From Candidatus Cloacimonadota bacterium (GTDB lineage Bacteria; Cloacimonadota; Cloacimonadia; Cloacimonadales; Cloacimonadaceae): 64,000 bases of DNA. Location of the stretch: assembly GCA_020532515.1 (NCBI GenBank), contig JAJBAY010000001.1:26214-90213 (forward strand), in the 5' to 3' direction. Positions 52,747 through 61,278 of this stretch are shown here, in pieces; within the stretch, counting starts at the first letter, position 1, and every line of letters begins with the position of its first letter. The notes under the pieces are model-generated. The model saw nothing but the letters and a program-made list of their open reading frames with translations, did not search any database and was not told the origin of the DNA. A program made the position numbers and the translations under genes.

Positions 52747-53829
52747 ATGCTACTCATAATGTTTCGCATCGTCGGCTATTGGTTCATGAAGAACCTCGGC
52801 TTCCCGCGTCTTTTACCCATGAATTATACCGTAAGTTTACTTTACACCTGCAATTCCCGTTGCAGTACTTGCCGAATCTGGAAGAAGAAAGCCGAAAATC
52901 TAACTGTGGAAGAATACGCCAAGATTTTTCGTAGTATAGGCAGGAGTCCCTTTTGGATCACGTTCAGCGGGGGAGAGCCTTTCTTGCGTAGAGATATCGT
53001 GGAAGTGATTTCTACCATCTACCGTGCTTCCCATCCCCGCATCATAAATATCCCCACCAATGGCCTTTTGGTAGATACCATCGTGCAGAAGACTGCCGAG
53101 ATCGCTCGTGCCTGTCCCAAAGCCCAGATTATCGTCAATGTCTCCATCGATGGCATAGAAGAGCAGCATGATGAGATCCGCAACGTTCCGGGGAATTACA
53201 AAAAGGTAATATCCACATTCCACAAGCTCAAAGCTCTGAATATCTCCAATCTCTCTGTCGGCATTCATACCGTTATTTCCAGATTTAATGTAGACAGCTT
53301 TTACTCTGTGGCCAATGAACTTATGCGTTTGGAGCCCGATAGCTACATCACTGAAATCGCAGAAGAAAGGGTGGAACTGGATACCATAGGCTTGGATATC
53401 ACTCCTGGGAGAGTGGCTTACAAATCTGCCATAGATTACCTCATCCACCGCATCAAAAACGAGAAATACAAAGGGATGAACAAGATCACCATGGCTTTCC
53501 GTATCGAGTATTACAATTTAGTAAAAGAGATCATGCGGGATGAGAAACAAGTGATCCCTTGCTATGCTGGCTTGGCCTCCTGCCATATCGCCCCTGATGG
53601 AGACGTCTGGAGCTGTTGCGTGAAGGCAAAATCGCTGGGTAACCTACGCGATAGTAAATACAAATTCGGTAAAGTCTGGTGGTCCAAGAAAGCCAAAATA
53701 GATCGCAAGAGCATCCATAATAAAGAATGCTGGTGCCCTCTGGCCAATGCCTATTATACCAATATGCTGATGAATATTCCCACCCTGTTTAGAGTAAGCT
53801 ATCGTAGCTTTATCAAATGGTGGAGCTAA
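52747..53829 (+). CDS. radical SAM protein with SPASM-like C-terminal Cys cluster
   Basis: CNSRCSTCRIW (CxxxCxxC), GGEPFL, and the C-terminal cluster CYAGLASCHIAPDGDVWSCC...ECWCPLAN. Confidence 0.8.
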   Translation: MLLIMFRIVGYWFMKNLGFPRLLPMNYTVSLLYTCNSRCSTCRIWKKKAENLTVEEYAKIFRSIGRSPFWITFSGGEPFLRRDIVEVISTIYRASHPRIINIPTNGLLVDTIVQKTAEIARACPKAQIIVNVSIDGIEEQHDEIRNVPGNYKKVISTFHKLKALNISNLSVGIHTVISRFNVDSFYSVANELMRLEPDSYITEIAEERVELDTIGLDITPGRVAYKSAIDYLIHRIKNEKYKGMNKITMAFRIEYYNLVKEIMRDEKQVIPCYAGLASCHIAPDGDVWSCCVKAKSLGNLRDSKYKFGKVWWSKKAKIDRKSIHNKECWCPLANAYYTNMLMNIPTLFRVSYRSFIKWWS

Positions 53830-53830
53830 A

Positions 53831-55240
53831 ATGATCGCCCTGCAAAGCAGTCATCACGATCCGCCATATAGTTTCGTAGAAAGCAGTATTGCTCAGGACG
53901 GACGTTTTGGTTGGTTTTTGGCTATGTGGCATCCGGAGAAAAGCCTGCAACTGGAAGAGCTGGGTGCAGAGCTGAAGCTATCAATCCGCAATTCAGACGC
54001 TAACACTATCAGTCGCATGGAAGTGGAAAAATGGCTGCAAAGCTTTTTTGTAGAGCTGAATTGGAAGCTGTATGCGCATCTGCGCAAGACGGATCTGCAG
54101 GAAAAAGGGCTTTCGGTATTCTTTGGCATTGTCTATGAGCACGAACTCTTTTTTGTGCAATTTGGCCGCATATTCTGTGCTCTCTCAGATGGCAAGAAAC
54201 TCCGCTTTGTAGGTTCGAAATATCGGGATTACCAGATGCAGACTCTCAAAAAGCTTAATCTGCTGGGCTATGCCGATGAAGACATCAAAGTCCCGGTACA
54301 TCGCATGTTCATCGGGGAAAACCATCGCTTTATCGCCATCAGCGGCAATCTCTGCGGGCGCGTCTTTGAGACCCAGAGTGATCTGGCTACCCTGGATCAC
54401 TATATCGAGAGCTTTGCCCAGAGCGATAACCCCCTGTGGCTGATCCTAGATGGCAAAACGCATCTGATCAAACCCCGCCGCAAAAAGCTTTCCCGCTTGT
54501 GGATCAGCTTTATTGTGATTATCGTGCTTACCCTCCTTGCCACAGCCTATATGCTTTTTGGCAATCGCTTTTTGGATCGGGCCTTGCATCGCACCAGAAT
54601 GAACGTGCAAAACAACTCAGTCCTGAGGCTTGAACAGATACCGGACAATCTCTCTGTAGAGACCAAAAACTTCCTCAAATACCTGGATCGCATAGTGAAT
54701 CTGCCGGCCCGCAACATCGAACTTGATATCCTGTGGAGCGCCACTTTGCCCTATCAGGTTACCAGCCCCCCCGTCTTTAGCTTGAATACCATCTATTTGG
54801 CTGCAGATCACAATCTGATCGCTTTCGACAAAAAGAGCCGCGAGCTGATCTGGAAGAAGTCCTTCTCAGCGCAGATCAATTCTATTTTCTATGCCGATAA
54901 CGTGCTTTTGGTTTGTTTGGAAGACGATTCTAGCTTCGGTTTTAAAGATAATGGCACTCAGCTTTGGGAGGCTGAGCTCACGAGCATACACACCAATCTG
55001 GGCAGCTTGGAACCACGCCAGGTTGTTCAGGCAGATGATCCACGGCTGGATCGTGCCATCACCGTGGTGCCTTCGGCAAAGCTTATCTCGATTTTCGATG
55101 CTTTCAGAGGTGAAAACCTCTCTACCATTACCTTCAAGCAGGAGCTGCACAGCCTTTCCGCTTATGATAATTACGGCACTTGCTTTTATGCCATAGTGGA
55201 TGATGGCCTTATCTGCATACAGCTTAAGATCGTAAATTAG
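53831..55240 (+). CDS. single-pass membrane protein: N-terminal PP2C-like (degenerate) domain, TM helix, C-terminal PQQ/BamB-like propeller repeats
   Basis: TM segment LWISFIVIIVLTLLATAYMLF. The C-terminus has repeated ...LIAFDKKSRELIWK... and ...GTQLWEAEL... units. The N-terminal resemblance to the PPM fold was judged by eye only. Confidence 0.55.
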   Translation: MIALQSSHHDPPYSFVESSIAQDGRFGWFLAMWHPEKSLQLEELGAELKLSIRNSDANTISRMEVEKWLQSFFVELNWKLYAHLRKTDLQEKGLSVFFGIVYEHELFFVQFGRIFCALSDGKKLRFVGSKYRDYQMQTLKKLNLLGYADEDIKVPVHRMFIGENHRFIAISGNLCGRVFETQSDLATLDHYIESFAQSDNPLWLILDGKTHLIKPRRKKLSRLWISFIVIIVLTLLATAYMLFGNRFLDRALHRTRMNVQNNSVLRLEQIPDNLSVETKNFLKYLDRIVNLPARNIELDILWSATLPYQVTSPPVFSLNTIYLAADHNLIAFDKKSRELIWKKSFSAQINSIFYADNVLLVCLEDDSSFGFKDNGTQLWEAELTSIHTNLGSLEPRQVVQADDPRLDRAITVVPSAKLISIFDAFRGENLSTITFKQELHSLSAYDNYGTCFYAIVDDGLICIQLKIVN

Positions 55241-55253
55241 GATAGTCAATTTT

Positions 55254-55949
55254 ATGCAAAGCACGAGTACACAGCAGATCAGCAAAAGCATTATCTACCT
55301 GATACTGCTCATCCTTTGCGTGATCTGCCCCCTATCCGCCATCGATAGCCCCATCAAGACTGGTTTTGCCCGCCTGCAATATGACGGTGGGGGAGATTGG
55401 TACAACGATCCTGAAGTCCTGCCCAATCTGGCCAAGTTTGTCAATAGGCATCTCTCTGCTAATATCCCCATCGATCAGAGCGTGGTAAAGGCAGCGGACA
55501 CCCGTCTCTTTGATTTTCCTTTTGTATATCTCACCGGTCACGGCAACATCCGTTTTTCGGATACCGAGCTTAATAACCTGAGAACATGGATGCTGCGTGG
55601 CGGATTCCTTTATGCAGACGATGATTATGGTATGGATAAAAGCTTTCGCCGCGAGATTAAGCGCGTCTTCCCGGAACGGGAAATGGTCGAGCTTGATGCG
55701 ACTCATCCTCTTTTCACCAGCTATTTCGATTTTTCCACCGGATTACCCAAGATTCACGAGCACGATGAGCATCCTCCCCAGTGTTTTGCCCTCTTTGATG
55801 ACGATGGCCGCATGATGATGTTTTATACTTATGAAACCAATATCAGCGACGGCTGGGCTGATCCTGATACCCATAACGACCCTGCCGAGCTCAGAGAGAC
55901 AGCCTTGCGCTTTGGGCTGAATATCATCCACTATATGATGGCGAAATAG
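55254..55949 (+). CDS. DUF4159 domain protein
   Basis: Signal/TM segment, then ARLQYDGGGDWYNDPEVLPNL...FVYLTGHGNIRFSDTELNNLRTWMLRGGFLYADDDYG, typical of DUF4159. Confidence 0.7.
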   Translation: MQSTSTQQISKSIIYLILLILCVICPLSAIDSPIKTGFARLQYDGGGDWYNDPEVLPNLAKFVNRHLSANIPIDQSVVKAADTRLFDFPFVYLTGHGNIRFSDTELNNLRTWMLRGGFLYADDDYGMDKSFRREIKRVFPEREMVELDATHPLFTSYFDFSTGLPKIHEHDEHPPQCFALFDDDGRMMMFYTYETNISDGWADPDTHNDPAELRETALRFGLNIIHYMMAK

Positions 55950-55950
55950 C

Positions 55951-56703
55951 ATGCGTATCTGCATTATCTCCGACTTGCATTGTAAATACAGCAAACTCTC
56001 CTCTGAGGACAAAGAGAATAATGCCCTCGTGCTGAGTTTCCTGGAGCAGGCCAAATCTAAGTACGATCTTTTGATCCTAAATGGTGATATCTTTGATCTC
56101 TGGTACGATTGGAAGTACACCATCATCAAGCAGTATTTCCCTCTTTTAGTCAAGCTCTATGAGATCAGACAAGCCGGATGCCGCATTGTGCACATCACCG
56201 GTAATCATGACTTCTGGTTCGGCAATTTTCTGCCCGATTATTTGAATGTTGAATTAAAAGCAGAATCCTTTGAGATTACTGCGGATGATAAGAAGATCTA
56301 CGTATGTCATGGAGACACGCATACGGTCAACGATTTTCGTTATCAAAGCTTTCGCCGGGTGATCAGATTGCCTTTGATGAAGAAAATCTTTGGTTTGCTG
56401 CATCCCGATTTTGCTTTGGGTTTGGGCAGCATGATGTCCCGCAGCAGCCGCACCCGCATAGACTCTCCAGAATTGATAGCTAAGAAAAATGAAGGCCTCA
56501 GAGCATACGCTAAAAGGCTGATCAAAAGGGGCTGCGCCGACTACGTGATCATGGGTCATAGTCACCACCCTGAATTGATCCAGTATGAAACAGGCTATTA
56601 CGCAAATTCAGGAGATTGGATAAACCATCACAGCTACATAGAAATCATATCTGGTAAGATCCAGATCCAGCATTATAATATAAATAAAGGAGAAACAGCA
56701 TGA
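55951..56703 (+). CDS. lpxH: UDP-2,3-diacylglucosamine diphosphatase (LpxH-like metallophosphoesterase)
   Basis: ISDLH, LNGDIFDLWYDW, ITGNHDFW, VCHGD and GHSHHP motifs are collinear with E. coli LpxH. Confidence 0.75.
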   Translation: MRICIISDLHCKYSKLSSEDKENNALVLSFLEQAKSKYDLLILNGDIFDLWYDWKYTIIKQYFPLLVKLYEIRQAGCRIVHITGNHDFWFGNFLPDYLNVELKAESFEITADDKKIYVCHGDTHTVNDFRYQSFRRVIRLPLMKKIFGLLHPDFALGLGSMMSRSSRTRIDSPELIAKKNEGLRAYAKRLIKRGCADYVIMGHSHHPELIQYETGYYANSGDWINHHSYIEIISGKIQIQHYNINKGETA

Positions 56704-57557
56704 AATTAAAATCGAATTACCTCGCGCTGATTCTAATCCCAGTCATACTGATCTTGGGTTTAACGCTGCTTTATACTAAGAGCAAAAGCCAAGTCATATC
56801 TGAAAAGGAGGAAGCAGTGAACGAATCTGCTCAAAAGACAGTTAAAGCTATCATTAGCACCACATACGGTGATATTGAATTGGAATTGTGGCCAGATCTG
56901 GCTCCCAAAACTGTGCAAAACTTTATCAAGCTTGCCGGTGAGGGTTTTTACACAAGCACTTATTTCCATCGTGTGATTCCAGATTTCATGATCCAAGGTG
57001 GATGTCCTAATACCAAGGATGGCGATCGTTCAAACGACGGCACGGGCGATCCTGGATACAAGTTTGAAGATGAATGCTACACGGATGGCGAGATTATCAA
57101 AGGTAAGATCAAGACTGAAGAAGAAGCTCAATTGGTCTGGACCCAAATTATCGTTCCTCATATGCAGCAAAATCGTACTCCAAATCCTGAAATCGCAGCA
57201 ATAGTAGAAGCTTGCCAGACCGCTGGAGGCCCCGGACCTTTGATGGAAAAAAGTGTGGAATACTACCAGGAGAAATGTGGATACAACGAGCCTCTACGCG
57301 CTAAGATCCTCAATGCTGAAGCTCTCTACGGTACTATCGCCATGGCGAACAGCGGCCCCAATACAAATGGCAGTCAGTTCTTTATCGTTACCAAGAAAGA
57401 GGGAACACCCTGGCTCAACGGCAAACACACCGTTTTTGGCAAAGTGATTTCCGGCCTCACTGTGGTGCATGAGATTGAACAGCTTCCTCGCGATCAAAGA
57501 GATAATCCAAAACCTGAGAACCAAGCCTTTATCACTGGTATCTCGTTTCCCAAATAA
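56700..57557 (+). CDS. membrane-anchored cyclophilin-type peptidyl-prolyl isomerase with internal insertion
   Basis: ATGA overlap. N-terminal TM helix. FHRVIPDFMIQGG and MANSGPNTNGSQFFI are separated by an insertion of about 85 aa. Confidence 0.85.
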   Translation: MKLKSNYLALILIPVILILGLTLLYTKSKSQVISEKEEAVNESAQKTVKAIISTTYGDIELELWPDLAPKTVQNFIKLAGEGFYTSTYFHRVIPDFMIQGGCPNTKDGDRSNDGTGDPGYKFEDECYTDGEIIKGKIKTEEEAQLVWTQIIVPHMQQNRTPNPEIAAIVEACQTAGGPGPLMEKSVEYYQEKCGYNEPLRAKILNAEALYGTIAMANSGPNTNGSQFFIVTKKEGTPWLNGKHTVFGKVISGLTVVHEIEQLPRDQRDNPKPENQAFITGISFPK

Positions 57558-57568
57558 AGGATAGTATC

Positions 57569-58012
57569 ATGGCACGAATCAACGAATCTCAATTGCAGCA
57601 AGAAATAATGGCCTGGATCAGCCAGAACCAATATGTGTATCTGGCCACCTGCGATAAAAAGCAGGCCAGAGTGCGCCCGGTGGTGCTGTTTATGCATGAA
57701 GAGCGCTATTTCTTTGCCACTTTCACTGGAGATTCCAAGGTCGCGCAGATCCAAAGCAGCAAATTCGTAGAGATCTGTATTCCGCTAACCGAAGATGGCC
57801 AAACAGGTTACATTCGCCTCAGCGGGACAGCCTCAATTGTAAATAATGCAGCGCTCAAGGCGGAAGCCTCCGAGCGCTGCTTCTTCTTCGATCAGTATTT
57901 CCACGGATATGATGATCCGGATTACACTCTCGTCGAATTTGATCCCGATTATGCACAATATCTGCGCCCTGGAGAAGGCTTTAGTCAAGGCTGCAATCTC
58001 AAACGCTACTGA
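57569..58012 (+). CDS. pyridoxamine 5'-phosphate oxidase-like FMN-binding family protein (tentative)
   Basis: 147 aa. The pattern YVYLATCDKKQARVRPV...FFATF...KV.QI is typical of PNPOx-like split-barrel proteins. Confidence 0.5.
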   Translation: MARINESQLQQEIMAWISQNQYVYLATCDKKQARVRPVVLFMHEERYFFATFTGDSKVAQIQSSKFVEICIPLTEDGQTGYIRLSGTASIVNNAALKAEASERCFFFDQYFHGYDDPDYTLVEFDPDYAQYLRPGEGFSQGCNLKRY

Positions 58013-58049
58013 TGCTAAAACCATTCCTTTGTAAGTCCTGGGAGTTTGG

Positions 58050-58241
58050 ATGAAAAACATAATTGAATATAAAGAAGACTTGGGATCCAGCTTTATTGTG
58101 GTCTCTAAAATCAGAGAACTGCACAGGGGCTTTGGCGAACTGGTAATCACTTTCGATAATGGTGATAAACGTATCATTGCAACAGAAGATCCGGATACTG
58201 CCCTCAAAGCCTTGCTTACAGCTATAGAAAAACAAAACTAA
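58050..58241 (+). CDS. small hypothetical protein
   Basis: 63-aa ORF, last in the co-directional string. No recognisable motif. Confidence 0.4.
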   Translation: MKNIIEYKEDLGSSFIVVSKIRELHRGFGELVITFDNGDKRIIATEDPDTALKALLTAIEKQN

Positions 58242-58276
58242 GCTGCCGGATATTACTATCCCCCAAGCTTTATTCT

Positions 58277-58376
58277 TGCCCTTTGCTTCAATTCGATTTT
58301 AACACGCTTTAGACTCGAGCTGACTCAAGGTCTCGAGTCAATTCGAGTCCAAGACCAGTTAAAGCCTAGTGCAGGG
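58277..58376 (+). repeat. CTCGAG-rich intergenic repeat, copy D (forward)
   Basis: CTTCAATTCGATTTTAACACGCTTTAGACTCGAGCTGACTCAAGGTCTCGAGTCAATTCGAGTCC...CCAGTTAAAG. It lies between convergent genes. Confidence 0.75.
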
Positions 58377-58477
58377 CACAAGCAAGCTAGGTCTGCCTGA
58401 CTCGTTTTGGTTCTTCGAAACCGATAAATAGCAAAAAGCCCTTACCGACCTTATCTACTTGCAGGCCAAGGAAGAAT

Positions 58478-60679
58478 CTATTGCTGCGTCTTCAGATCTT
58501 TCCAATCTACCACTTTGAGAAGCTTGGCTTCTCCCGCGGGGATTTTAATCTTGACCATGTGTCTTTTAGCCTTATAGAGTTCTTTACTCTCCATGTCCAA
58601 AAGTGCCGGATATTTGACATCTCGATCAAAGATGACTTTGAAGGTCTGCGGCTCAAATTCACTGTAGGCATCTCGATAATTCTCAGGAGAGACAAAATCT
58701 GGAGTGGAATACTTTTCGTTGGGATGAAATTCATTGCTGCGTCGGTTTACCACAAAGATGGCATATTCACCGGAAGATTTGGCATACAGACCGGTTTCCA
58801 CATAACCCTCATAGCTGCCGTTACAGGCTTCTTCCACCCGCAATTTTCGGATGCCGCTACCGGCATAATCCAGCTTGGGATAATTGCTGTAAGTCATCGC
58901 AGTGGTGGCTCCTAACCAATCCCAATCAAGCAGCTCTTTGCCGAAGCTCAAAACCCGGGGATTAACCTCTTTCACCACGTCATAGACGTAATCGACTTTC
59001 TTGATCTCGCGCGAATCTATGGCGATCAAAGGGGCATAGTATCCCACATCAGAAGAGTCCACAAAACCTTGTAATTGATATTGATATAAACCTTGAGCAC
59101 CATAGCAAAGAGGCAAAAACAGCAAGGCCTTTTGTGTAGCCCGAGGAGGCATGATCCAGGACCACCAGCGGGCACCACTCCAATATCCGAAAACCTGGAC
59201 TACGGGATAGAGCTTGCGCTTTGGGTCTTGCGAGGCATAGTGTTTGCTTTCTCTATAGCCCTTAAGCAGGCGATAATCCAATACATTTTGATAAAAGTTT
59301 TCACCCGCATCAGGCTCATAGAGTATGCCAGGCTGGATGGGATAGATGTCTGGCATCATTATCCTGGGCTGGGCGACTGCTCTGATCATGTCAGGAAAGT
59401 TCCACCAGTTGTCTTTCTTATCAAGTTTAAAGGTCCGGTGGGAAACATCATAGGAGGCGGCACAAAGCTGAGGATTGTCCTCTTCGATCATGCTTTGGAT
59501 CAGGTTGAAAGAGGAAAGATGGGTTTGAAATGGCTCATCCATACTGTAAGTATAGCGGATCACATTACCACCGGCTAAGGCGCGATGGGCTCTGAGTCTT
59601 TCATTGATACCTTTTTTATAGAAGGCGTAATTCTGGCGTAAGTCCCGATGAATTTCATCTTCCATATCGATGTAATCCAAGCTCAGATCACAATTTCCAT
59701 GCCAATACAGGCCTGGTGCAAAATGTCGGAAGATGTACCACCACCAGTGCCCTGGGGTTTCGGGATTGTTGTCCCAATCATCGGTCATGATCTTGCTGGC
59801 TCTGAGATCGTTATAGCTTATGGTAAAGGGCAGATCGATGTAACCTTCGGGGTTGCCCATAGCCTTGAAATCGCCAAGACTAAAATACCTGCGCTCTTCT
59901 TGCCTGCCTTTGGCATTCTTGGAAGCGGTGATTTTCTCTCCAAATTCACGCTTCCCACCCAGATGGGCGTAAAGCTGAATACTTAAGAGCGGGTCAGAAT
60001 CGGTTAAATCTGGAGCGAGGTTTGTAATCTTCACCCGATAGCTAAGATAGAGAGAATCTGTGTCGCCTTTGGTTTCCAGGTGTGTTTTATGAAAACGGAT
60101 CTCGTCATAAAGTTTCACTGATTTTCCCATACGGTCTGGCCAGCGCATAATGATGTCGGTATAAGCCCAACCGGCTTTATCTTCTCCTCTTTTTACCTGC
60201 CAGGCGTGCTCATAAGAGGCTTTGGGGTCTTGTATTGCCCGGCCGATTCGCTTTGTGACATTGCTATTCCCATACCAAAACTTAGGGTTAAGATTATCCC
60301 CTTTTTTCACTTCGCGACTGTCGGTAAATTCAGCTTCAAAGCGATGGTAGTTGCTCGTGGCCAGGGGGACTGCGCTGAAGCGGCGAGGATCTTTGGGATC
60401 GTTGCTCCACTGTTTATCCGTGAGTACGGCGTCCAGCTTTGCCCGGTCCAGAGCCTGTAGTAATGAGCTTAGATCACTGTCACTATTGGTGGTTTCAATC
60501 ACGTTTATATTGAAACTCAGATCCTTCATATAGGAGATCAATTCATCGCGATGCTCAGTGAAAAAGCGTTTATCGTTTTGCAGATACGAATAGGTACCCA
60601 ATAGAAAAGGCTCGCTGTGAAAGGCATTCAGGGGAATCAGGCAAAAAGCCAAAAGATACAAGATATAGTATTTCATCAT
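58478..60679 (-). CDS. exported hypothetical protein (733 aa)
   Basis: Signal peptide MMKYYILYLLAFCLIPLNA. Trp/Tyr-rich. No motif that I can assign. Confidence 0.7.
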   Translation of the reverse strand: MMKYYILYLLAFCLIPLNAFHSEPFLLGTYSYLQNDKRFFTEHRDELISYMKDLSFNINVIETTNSDSDLSSLLQALDRAKLDAVLTDKQWSNDPKDPRRFSAVPLATSNYHRFEAEFTDSREVKKGDNLNPKFWYGNSNVTKRIGRAIQDPKASYEHAWQVKRGEDKAGWAYTDIIMRWPDRMGKSVKLYDEIRFHKTHLETKGDTDSLYLSYRVKITNLAPDLTDSDPLLSIQLYAHLGGKREFGEKITASKNAKGRQEERRYFSLGDFKAMGNPEGYIDLPFTISYNDLRASKIMTDDWDNNPETPGHWWWYIFRHFAPGLYWHGNCDLSLDYIDMEDEIHRDLRQNYAFYKKGINERLRAHRALAGGNVIRYTYSMDEPFQTHLSSFNLIQSMIEEDNPQLCAASYDVSHRTFKLDKKDNWWNFPDMIRAVAQPRIMMPDIYPIQPGILYEPDAGENFYQNVLDYRLLKGYRESKHYASQDPKRKLYPVVQVFGYWSGARWWSWIMPPRATQKALLFLPLCYGAQGLYQYQLQGFVDSSDVGYYAPLIAIDSREIKKVDYVYDVVKEVNPRVLSFGKELLDWDWLGATTAMTYSNYPKLDYAGSGIRKLRVEEACNGSYEGYVETGLYAKSSGEYAIFVVNRRSNEFHPNEKYSTPDFVSPENYRDAYSEFEPQTFKVIFDRDVKYPALLDMESKELYKAKRHMVKIKIPAGEAKLLKVVDWKDLKTQQ

Positions 60680-60879
60680 TATCCTCTTATACTATCTGAT
60701 ATTGTCATTTCGATATTCTAAATCAGTAAACAAAGCTGATGGTAGGAAGTCAAGAAAAATCTATTTAGCCCGCTTTAATCTGGGTCACATAGCCAATTAT
60801 TAGGGTTTAGAATTGGATTCTGCTTGACTTTAAACAGTGCTGAGAAAGCATAGCGAAAATGTCTAAAATGGAGAGAACA

Positions 60880-61161
60880 ATGTTAAAATCAAACGAATAT
60901 TTCGAGGGGAAAGTAAAATCCATCGCTCTTAAAAATGCTCAGGGGATACTCACAGTTGGCGTTATGGATATAGGTGAATATGAATTTGGCACCAGCAGTG
61001 TGGAATACATGACGGTGGTAAGTGGCGCTTTGATCGTGAAACTACCCGGGAGCCAGACTTGGAAAGAGTACAAAGCCGGAGAAACCTTTATCGTGCAGGC
61101 AAATCAGAAATTCGGAGTAAAAGCCAAAGAGCAGACTGCCTATCTCTGTAGATACGAATAG
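60880..61161 (+). CDS. ppnP: pyrimidine/purine nucleoside phosphorylase PpnP (DUF1255)
   Basis: MLKSNEYFEGKVKSI...GEYEFGT...EYMTVVSGAL...YLCRY aligns with E. coli PpnP from its first residue. ATG at 60880 is preferred over the ORF-track start at 60859. Confidence 0.8.
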   Translation: MLKSNEYFEGKVKSIALKNAQGILTVGVMDIGEYEFGTSSVEYMTVVSGALIVKLPGSQTWKEYKAGETFIVQANQKFGVKAKEQTAYLCRYE

Positions 61162-61242
61162 GGCTCGTAATCCCGGTGATAGTTATCAGCAGTTATCGCT
61201 TGATTGGTATGCCATGAGCTAATTGCGAAATCTAATTGAAAG

Positions 61243-61270
61243 AAAAGGCGGAGCTTGTACTCCGCCTTTT
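61243..61270. terminator. bidirectional terminator hairpin
   Basis: AAAAGGCGGAG-CTTGTA-CTCCGCCTTTT between the convergent stops at 61161 (+) and 61279 (-). Confidence 0.8.
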
Positions 61271-61278
61271 CTGTGAAT

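Noticed and set aside
6151-58376. CTCGAG-containing repeats as a possible CRISPR array
   Set aside because: The copies are 12-25 kb apart, occur in both orientations and lack regular repeat-spacer periodicity. No cas genes are present in the window.
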